A stretch of DNA of 44,345 nt, taken from Promethearchaeota archaeon (lineage in GTDB: Archaea; Asgardarchaeota; Lokiarchaeia; Sigyniarchaeales; SOKP01). Positions 37,933 to 44,345 of the stretch are shown here, one piece after another; position 1 is the stretch's first letter, and each line of letters starts with the position of its first letter. The DNA is taken from positions 14,196-58,540 of the forward strand of contig SHMW01000017.1 of assembly GCA_008080735.1 (NCBI GenBank), given 5' to 3'. Made by a program: the position numbers and the translations under genes. The notes under the pieces were generated by a model that was not told the DNA's origin, ran no database searches, and saw only the letters and a program-made list of their open reading frames with translations.

Positions 37933-39084
37933 CTAAATAAAATAAATATTTTTATTATTTTCCAATAAATTAGATAAAAAATAAGAGAATTCAGCAATTC
38001 GACCATGATTGAGTACTATCTTTTTTGGTTGACAATCGCTTATAAATTCAGTTAAATTCTTAAAGTCGACATGATCACTATACTTAAAATATTCGTCAAC
38101 GGGGAATTTGTTCCTATATTCTTCACTTATAACTTTACCACTTAATAATACTAATTTTGCTCCCGACCTGATTAGTGTTTTATAGGGTTCTCTAAACATA
38201 TAATACGGAGGAATTAATAAGACGTAATCTTTTTTCTTTTTCAATTTATTTTTTGTATAATTTCCATATGGTTCCCAATTTCCAAAATCAATTCCATTCA
38301 ATTCCAATATCTCTACAATGTTCGATATCGATCTCTCTAGTATAACTTTTTTAGAACATTCAAGCATATTAAGGATTGCTTGGCTTTTACCAAACGAATA
38401 AGATAATATAATTATGGGGAATCCTTGAGTTAGATGTGTTTTAACATACTCATTTATTCTTTTTTTTAATGTAAAGAATGAAGGAAATGTAAATTTTGGA
38501 GATCCATATGTACATTCTGTTATTAAATAATCACATTTAATTGGTTCTAAGCCCCTTAATCCTGTTCTATTTTTTCCGAAATACTTGTTCTCGCCGATAA
38601 AATCACTTGTAATTAAGATCCTTTCTGACCCCTCGATCAATAGGCTCCTCGATCCGTATGTATGGCCGTTCTCTATTAAACTTATTTTGAGATTGTCAAA
38701 ATAAATAGATTCTCTTGTTTTATTACTCTTCCCTAATAACCACATCGATTCTGGAAAGGTAAATTTCTCTCTTTTCCTATGTTCTGCTATTTCTTTAGTT
38801 ATTTTGGTGCATAGAAATCCAACCTCGGAATCACCTTTTTCTAGTTTTGTTATATCTTTATTAGGAATATTTGGGATATGATCCATATGCGCATGTGAAA
38901 TATAAATTAAATCCGCTTTAGGATTCCAATGATCAATAGCAATTAGAGTATCATCAATTTTTATAAAATTTCCATATAATGCATGTTTGCGAATTATCAC
39001 ATTTTTATTTTTTAATCCATGATCTCTTTCTTTACTTCTTAAATAATTTTTTAAATTTCGTATAGGATTTTCTAATTTTTCCAT
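37933..39084 (-). CDS. MBL-fold beta-CASP nuclease within the cas locus
   Basis: IAID, SHAHMDH, NGHTYGS, TSDF, ITECTYG (motif A), YSFGKSQ, YSDHVD (motif B) and LNHG (motif C). Confidence 0.9.
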   Translation of the reverse strand: MEKLENPIRNLKNYLRSKERDHGLKNKNVIIRKHALYGNFIKIDDTLIAIDHWNPKADLIYISHAHMDHIPNIPNKDITKLEKGDSEVGFLCTKITKEIAEHRKREKFTFPESMWLLGKSNKTRESIYFDNLKISLIENGHTYGSRSLLIEGSERILITSDFIGENKYFGKNRTGLRGLEPIKCDYLITECTYGSPKFTFPSFFTLKKRINEYVKTHLTQGFPIIILSYSFGKSQAILNMLECSKKVILERSISNIVEILELNGIDFGNWEPYGNYTKNKLKKKKDYVLLIPPYYMFREPYKTLIRSGAKLVLLSGKVISEEYRNKFPVDEYFKYSDHVDFKNLTEFISDCQPKKIVLNHGRIAEFSYFLSNLLENNKNIYFI

Positions 39085-39134
39085 TGAGAACTTCCCATTT
39101 TCTTTTGTATAAAATTAAAATTTTTCTTAAATAA

Positions 39135-39809
39135 TTATGCCCTTAAACAATATGTATTACATTCACAATCTCTACATTTATTTTTATGGCTCGTCGGGTC
39201 AGGAATCTTTTCTGAATGTATCATTTCTTGAATTTCTTTAATAACTTTAAGTACATTTAACTTATCCTCAATACCAATAGGGTATTCAATAAATTTTTCA
39301 TACTTCAAATAAAACACACGAACTTTTTTTACTAGAAAATCGAAATTTCTCTCAATTAAAAGTGCTTGAGCAGCAACTTGGTATTTATCTGGATTTTTCA
39401 TCCCTTCTGGTGGAATATTTCCTGATTTAATCTCAATCGGATACGCCTCATTCCCATCGTACTCAAAGTAGTCTATTACACCCACTAATCCGACTTCAGA
39501 ATCTGTTAGATAGATATTAAAATATTTTTGAGTTTTTTCATGAGATTTATTCGATAATTTTTGTAATTCTTCATGCTTCTCTAAACCATATTGCATTTTA
39601 TAAGTTTGCCTCATTGGGGAGTTCAAAACATATCTAAAAAATATCTTTCTTTTACAATATATATACTGTCGAATCTCCTCTGTCCCTATTAAAGATTTCT
39701 CAAATAAATTAATATTTGGATATGCTCTTCTAATATTATTTAACTCATCTCTTCCCAGCCTGTATTTCCTCAATAATTCTTCAATTCCTTTTTCTTTCAT
39801 TATATTCAA
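39135..39809 (-). CDS. cas4: Cas4 RecB-like nuclease with Fe-S cluster
   Basis: QYIYCKRK, G...H, GVID, PIEIKSG, QVAAQ and KCRDCECNTYC (1+3 Cys). Confidence 0.93.
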   Translation of the reverse strand: MNIMKEKGIEELLRKYRLGRDELNNIRRAYPNINLFEKSLIGTEEIRQYIYCKRKIFFRYVLNSPMRQTYKMQYGLEKHEELQKLSNKSHEKTQKYFNIYLTDSEVGLVGVIDYFEYDGNEAYPIEIKSGNIPPEGMKNPDKYQVAAQALLIERNFDFLVKKVRVFYLKYEKFIEYPIGIEDKLNVLKVIKEIQEMIHSEKIPDPTSHKNKCRDCECNTYCLRA

Positions 39810-39858
39810 TAGAATGGAATAATGATTTTTCTTTAAACTAATTGGAATTTACATTTAT

Positions 39859-40152
39859 CTACATTGACAAAATATCTTCAATTACTTTATAGCCATCCCC
39901 AAATTTAGATTTGACCGTTATAACTTTTGAATGACATCTTTTGCATATCGGAATTATTCGCACATCTCCAGGGACATTCTTCATCAATTTCTCTAACTTT
40001 AAGGCAATCTCCTCGGCTTTGTTATACGTAAGGTCACCAAAAAATACGCTATAATTTAAGCGAACCATATAATATGATAATAGAATATCCGAGATTTTCG
40101 TGCGAATCGGATCAAATTCCACAGGAATATCATAAATAACCAGAAATTTTAT
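39859..40152 (-). CDS. cas2: Cas2 (probable non-ATG start)
   Basis: Extending the ORF upstream gives IKFLVIYDIP...R.KISDIL..Y...R.NYSVFFG...DVRIIPICKRC. The VIYDI motif lies upstream of the GTG used by the ORF track. Confidence 0.9.
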   Translation of the reverse strand: MKFLVIYDIPVEFDPIRTKISDILLSYYMVRLNYSVFFGDLTYNKAEEIALKLEKLMKNVPGDVRIIPICKRCHSKVITVKSKFGDGYKVIEDILSM

Positions 40153-40265
40153 GATTAAAACCTCCTTTAATTTAGTCTCGTTTTTTTAATTTTGTATTTG
40201 TTAAATCTAATCGATCAATTATGAGTTGTAATTTATATTAGACATATACTTAATGAGCATATCCC

Positions 40266-41345
40266 TCACCAATCCATAATATACGGCTCGTAGGAAGATG
40301 TAGAGCCGATAAGATAATTAGCTAATCTTCTTGCTTGCTTTACCATAGCTTTTTTATAATTCTTTTTCATTACATTTTTAATGTCTTCGTCATATTCCGA
40401 CTCGGAAAATAATTCTTCTGATTTATCCCCGCCTTGGACTTCTTTCCTCAATTCTTCATAGTATAATGACTTTTTTTCTTGGGTCAACCGATATCCGTGA
40501 AGCGATTGCTCAAAATCCTCCACTTTTAACTGGTTCTGCTGTATTAAACGGAGAACTAATCTGTCGATAATTGGTTGCCTAAACTCTTCAAGAAGATCAA
40601 GCGCTAATGATGGTTTACCTGACCGATCGCTATGAAGAAATCCGCCATATAATTCCAATCCCGCTGAAGCAATTGCGGTCGTTACGTGCCCTTGAAGTAC
40701 AGTATATCCAAGAGATAATAGTGAATTTACGGGATCCTTAGGTGGCCGCCTTGACCTTTGAAATGTCTTAAATTCATTGGGAAATGAATTTCCGTATGCT
40801 TGAAAATAGATGGCAGCAGATTTTCCTTCAATTCCCATTATCTCACGCCTCCTCTTATTAATTGTATCTCCTTTAGAGATAGTCTTTTTGAACTTTTCCA
40901 ATACTTTCGTCATTTTCTTTAAATTCTTCGCAGCTACGTCAAGAAATTTAGCTTTTGCTGGACTATTCTTGCGACGATTTTTCGCTAAATATTTCAATAA
41001 CCTCCGTTTATTCTCAATCGTAGCGTAGGCTATTTGCGATGCTACATGCAACCCTCTCTGATCTTCATACGCAAGAATTTGTTGTCTACGAGTAAATACA
41101 GTACCAACATTAGCGAAAGGAGTAAAAAGACCATATGGATTCCCAAGGGAAGTATATACGATATTTACCGCATAAGAGGAAAGCGCTTTTAACGCTTGCG
41201 ACGTAATTTGCACCCCGTTACCGACAATTATGCTTTCTACTTCCCTTAGTGGGATTTCGACGTTGTCTCTTTCTGGAACTGAAATCTTTATCATCTCTTT
41301 CCTTTTACCAACCCGGGTTCCAGGAGTTTCTAAAATTATATCCAT
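40266..41345 (-). CDS. cas1: Cas1 integrase
   Basis: MGIEG..A..YF, RRPPKDPVNSLLSLGY, GFLH and SLALDLLEEFR; catalytic E, H and D/E are present. Confidence 0.96.
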   Translation of the reverse strand: MDIILETPGTRVGKRKEMIKISVPERDNVEIPLREVESIIVGNGVQITSQALKALSSYAVNIVYTSLGNPYGLFTPFANVGTVFTRRQQILAYEDQRGLHVASQIAYATIENKRRLLKYLAKNRRKNSPAKAKFLDVAAKNLKKMTKVLEKFKKTISKGDTINKRRREIMGIEGKSAAIYFQAYGNSFPNEFKTFQRSRRPPKDPVNSLLSLGYTVLQGHVTTAIASAGLELYGGFLHSDRSGKPSLALDLLEEFRQPIIDRLVLRLIQQNQLKVEDFEQSLHGYRLTQEKKSLYYEELRKEVQGGDKSEELFSESEYDEDIKNVMKKNYKKAMVKQARRLANYLIGSTSSYEPYIMDW

Positions 41346-41473
41346 TTTTAATTTTTTTCTCTCTCTGTTTTATTTTGATGCAAATTTATCTGTTCTACTG
41401 TTTATATATTCCTTATTAACTTTTTTTATATATTCTCCTTTCTCGAATACTGGTTGTTTTATACATTTTCTGT

Positions 41474-43174
41474 TTAGATTATTACTCTCCCGATTAATTC
41501 ATTTATATGGATAATTGAGGGTTCTCGTGAAAGATTTGTGTTCGAAATTAACCAAGGACCTAATGAAGCATAAACATTATACATTTCCAACTTATTCAAT
41601 TGATATGATTTTATTTGAAAAAAATCCTCTACAACATTTCCAAAAAGTCTGTATAACACCGTCACATTGGGGTTCGATTTCCTTGTTTTATCTTCCTCTT
41701 TTAATATAGCATCTAAAAGTATATTGGATAAGTTTGAAGAGTTCGGTTTAGCATCGATGAAATTACTCACAAGTAAATAATGCCCTACATACTCCTCAAG
41801 ATAATCTCTAAACTCGGTATATAGGGGTGGAAATTTTCTGTAAATATTAATAACATTTAAGACTTCTATATCCAGCTTTAAAAGGGCATCAACGATGCAC
41901 TTCAATAATTCTGAAGGTCTAATGAGTAAATAGTTAAGCAAACCTTTAACTTTGGTGTCATTGTAATAATTAAGAAACGAAAAGATTAACCATTCTGTTA
42001 TTCGATCTTTCATAATGTTTGCTGATATCTCCTCTTCTTCCGGTGAAAATATGACTCTCAAATGGAAAGGCTTGGAATTATTATGATTTTGGTCATTCTG
42101 ATGAATCTGATGATTATTATAACAATTATAGAGGTCATAATAATAATTATCCTTATTACGATAATCTGAGCTGATGGAATCATTCATAATTTTAGAATAA
42201 TTTTTATCCTCCCTATCCTCCCTATCCTCATTATCCTCATTATGATTTGTTATTTCTATAACCGAGATTAACTCTCTCGCTACTTTTGATAATAAGTTTG
42301 TTAGTGTTTCCAAATTGATGATTCGATTTCGACGCCCTAAGATTACACCAAACAAGCCTCCCTCCCAAATCATTTGATATTTTAGCGATCCTAACGGAGC
42401 TATTGTAATCTTGAGTGTCTGTGTATCATACATGACTAATCCGATTCCATAATCTTTTAAGCATGGATTTAATCGCTCTGAGTCCTTAGGAAAACCACAT
42501 TGCGGTTCTAACAAGTTCTCACATAATACATCATTTTTATAAGAGGCACTTACAAAATCCTTGCCGGCCTCATTGGATTTATTATTAGGTTGATGTCCGT
42601 CTCTGGAATGGGTTAAGTTAAAAGCATTTTCGATTACCGCATTTAGACAATCCCAATAATCATAATATACCTTCTTCTGACAATCAGCACATAAGGCAAT
42701 TGGAACCTGTTTTAGAGGTTTTGATGGGATTATTGGTTTTGGTGATATCATTGGCTTTGATAACTCTAGTGGCTTTAATGAATTTGATTGTTTTGAAGCT
42801 CCTTTAATAAGATTACTATTTTGACGACTATCTCTACTTTTAAATTTGCCCGTTAACGGTGTCTTAGTGAAACAGTTATAGTTCTTAAGGTTGCTTTCGC
42901 ATAAAACACATACTTTCTTAGAAGTAAAATTCACATTTACAGACCCATAAAAATATGTCAATTGAGTATCACGTTGGGGAGAATGAATATCAAGATACGG
43001 ATACCATCTCCCTAAATATGGCCTTAAGATAATGCGCTTAATAATCTTCCTGGGAAAAATTAATTGTAAACTCTCCTTAACAAATATGTCTGAAGCCTCT
43101 AAAAGAACGTTTTCAACTTCGTATTTCCCCAAAATGGAATTACTTTGACCTTCTTGAGAAAACGCATCTTCCAT
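41474..43174 (-). CDS. Divergent DUF2797-like Zn-binding protein with low-complexity insertions
   Basis: CVLC...CADC...C...C..C...C pattern, TLKITIA...MIWEGG and C-terminal LGPWLI...HINELIGR recall the DUF2797 layout. Recognition is tentative. Confidence 0.5.
   Translation of the reverse strand: MEDAFSQEGQSNSILGKYEVENVLLEASDIFVKESLQLIFPRKIIKRIILRPYLGRWYPYLDIHSPQRDTQLTYFYGSVNVNFTSKKVCVLCESNLKNYNCFTKTPLTGKFKSRDSRQNSNLIKGASKQSNSLKPLELSKPMISPKPIIPSKPLKQVPIALCADCQKKVYYDYWDCLNAVIENAFNLTHSRDGHQPNNKSNEAGKDFVSASYKNDVLCENLLEPQCGFPKDSERLNPCLKDYGIGLVMYDTQTLKITIAPLGSLKYQMIWEGGLFGVILGRRNRIINLETLTNLLSKVARELISVIEITNHNEDNEDREDREDKNYSKIMNDSISSDYRNKDNYYYDLYNCYNNHQIHQNDQNHNNSKPFHLRVIFSPEEEEISANIMKDRITEWLIFSFLNYYNDTKVKGLLNYLLIRPSELLKCIVDALLKLDIEVLNVINIYRKFPPLYTEFRDYLEEYVGHYLLVSNFIDAKPNSSNLSNILLDAILKEEDKTRKSNPNVTVLYRLFGNVVEDFFQIKSYQLNKLEMYNVYASLGPWLISNTNLSREPSIIHINELIGRVII
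42205..42240. repeat. Four in-frame 9-bp tandem repeats TATCCTC(CC/AT)
   Basis: tatcctccc tatcctccc tatcctcat tatcctcat, encoding the NEDNEDREDRED tract on the minus strand. Confidence 0.85.
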
Positions 43175-43949
43175 AGAACTATTTACACCTCAATTTTTTT
43201 CATATTGTCTCAAATCGCCTTAGCCTACTTAAACCACCTATATGGCGAAATCCTTTTTCAGTTATTAAGCTGTTGTGTTGTAGGAATTATGTCGTTAATA
43301 TATCAATCTTCAACATATAAAAAGGAAAAATTATCATATTTAAATATAACTCCATCGTGAAATTTGGGATTTTTAACAAATATTCAAGATTTTTTGATTT
43401 CGTCAGGTATATCTTAGCTGCTTTTCGATAGAAAATAATTCAGATTACCCGTCTTTATAATAGGCTGGTTTTTTTCGCTAAAATAAATATAACTTAACTT
43501 ATACTCTTCCAGCATTGTTGCGTTAGAGGGTAAATCCATTTTATAATTCTTTTAATATTAAACTACAAACTTTTCATCATTGTGGCTACCCCGATTAGAT
43601 TCACTAATAAATTTTAAAATTTGAGTGAGGATCAAAAAAACATTCTTCATTCTAAGTCTAAAATTTTTTTCCCAAAATTACAATATCTTTTATCTCCTGA
43701 ATTCATATCTTATATCAAAATTCACATTTGGGATCAAAATCTATTTAAAGTATATATATCATTTCGAGTCTTAAAGCTAAGTTATGAATAGATTTTTCAT
43801 AACTTAAAATTATGGACGCCATCATGACCGCTGAGGCGGGGTACCTCCCTAAAAAGCTTACTTGATCAAGTGAACTCTCGTAAAATAACTCTGTTTTGAC
43901 TACGGTTCATTGAGATAAAAATCCTCAAAATCTAAGATATCCTCAAAGA

Positions 43950-44285
43950 TTTGATTTATATGCGATAAATAGAATGGAGAAAAACCCTTCTCCATCGATT
44001 TCCTGGAAGCAAAAAATTTCGAGTCCTTGTTTTAAATAAATGAATTTTTTAGTAAGACTCGATTTACCTCTCCCTTTTGCAATTTTATTATATAGCGCTC
44101 GAAATATGATAAGTCTAAATAAGAAAACCATTGAATTAAATAAAATGAAAATTTGTGGCATTAATTCATTTTGCCGTCTCAATTATTCACAGAAAAATTT
44201 TCATTCGAAATATAATCGTAAAATGAAAGTGAAAAACCAAAAAAATAAATACCGAGAAGACCTTTTTTTCTAGTAATATTTAAGG
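43950..44285 (+). promoter_or_regulatory. Putative CRISPR leader
   Basis: AT-rich, no credible ORF, immediately upstream of the repeat-like sequence. Boundaries approximate. Confidence 0.5.
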
Positions 44286-44287
44286 AG

Positions 44288-44345
44288 GACATAGAATATA
44301 GCTTCAGAAAGAAGATTGAAATATGCAAGAAGGTATGTGTTCAGT
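44288..44345 (+). CRISPR. Probable first CRISPR repeat (ends 44322) plus partial spacer, truncated by the window end
   Basis: GACATAGAATATAG-CTTC-AGAAA-GAAG-ATTGAAAT: a 4-bp stem followed by exactly 8 nt (ATTGAAAT), the usual Cas6 handle. Only one copy is visible, so the 5' boundary is uncertain. Confidence 0.6.

Noticed and set aside
31827-39084. Classification as type VII or type III because of the beta-CASP gene and two Cas7s
   Set aside because: An intact Cas3, a Csh1-like Cas8 and Csh2-type Cas7s indicate type I-B. No Cas10 Palm/GGDD motif is seen.
152-41709. Numerous short antisense or overlapping ORFs in the ORF track (e.g. 1699-2049, 13781-14077, 20156-20623, 26283-26600)
   Set aside because: They are shadows of well-supported genes on the other strand or frame, with no motifs of their own.
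43240-43311. creA-like degenerate mini-array (minus-strand GAAGATTGATAT matches 11 of 12 nt of the repeat 3' end)
   Set aside because: The CTTC stem arm is absent and there is no convincing second pseudo-repeat, so chance is plausible. Worth rechecking once the true repeat is known.
43820-43870. SECIS element
   Set aside because: AUGA is present but there is no properly paired helix II/GA quartet, and no UGA-containing gene nearby.
43145-44273. ORFs 43145-43360, 43943-44182 and 44040-44273
   Set aside because: Short, no recognisable motifs, and located in AT-rich promoter/leader DNA; likely spurious.

Overview
AT-rich archaeal DNA, most consistent with an Asgard archaeon (Lokiarchaeia-like). 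This is inferred from an archaeal histone, a roadblock-Rab-like GTPase fusion, a RING-H2/TPR protein, a multi-TM protein with a longin-like domain and an SDS22-type LRR protein. Bases 1-27,900 hold housekeeping and metabolic genes: Nudix hydrolase, esterase, thiC, thiN, leuB, ADP-ribosylglycohydrolase, LarA-like protein, GH38 mannosidase, 3-hydroxyacyl-CoA dehydrogenase, Fe-S proteins, a decaying GNAT triplet and an AOR-MoaD-Lrp locus. Bases 28,035-43,174 are a minus-strand CRISPR-Cas locus that looks like an atypical type I-B, in the order DUF2797-like, cas1, cas2, cas4, beta-CASP nuclease, cas8b, cas11x3, cas7b, cas5b, second cas7b, cas3, cas6. The unusual points are: (i) Cas8b is cut before its Cas11 domain and followed by a separate gene encoding three tandem Cas11-like domains; (ii) there are two divergent Cas7b paralogues; (iii) an MBL/beta-CASP nuclease gene lies inside the locus; (iv) cas2 apparently starts at ATA; (v) a perfect 15-bp inverted repeat brackets the interference module. 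A ~1.1 kb non-coding region follows, and the window ends in what looks like the first CRISPR repeat plus a partial spacer. All family calls come from motif recognition by eye; no searches were run.
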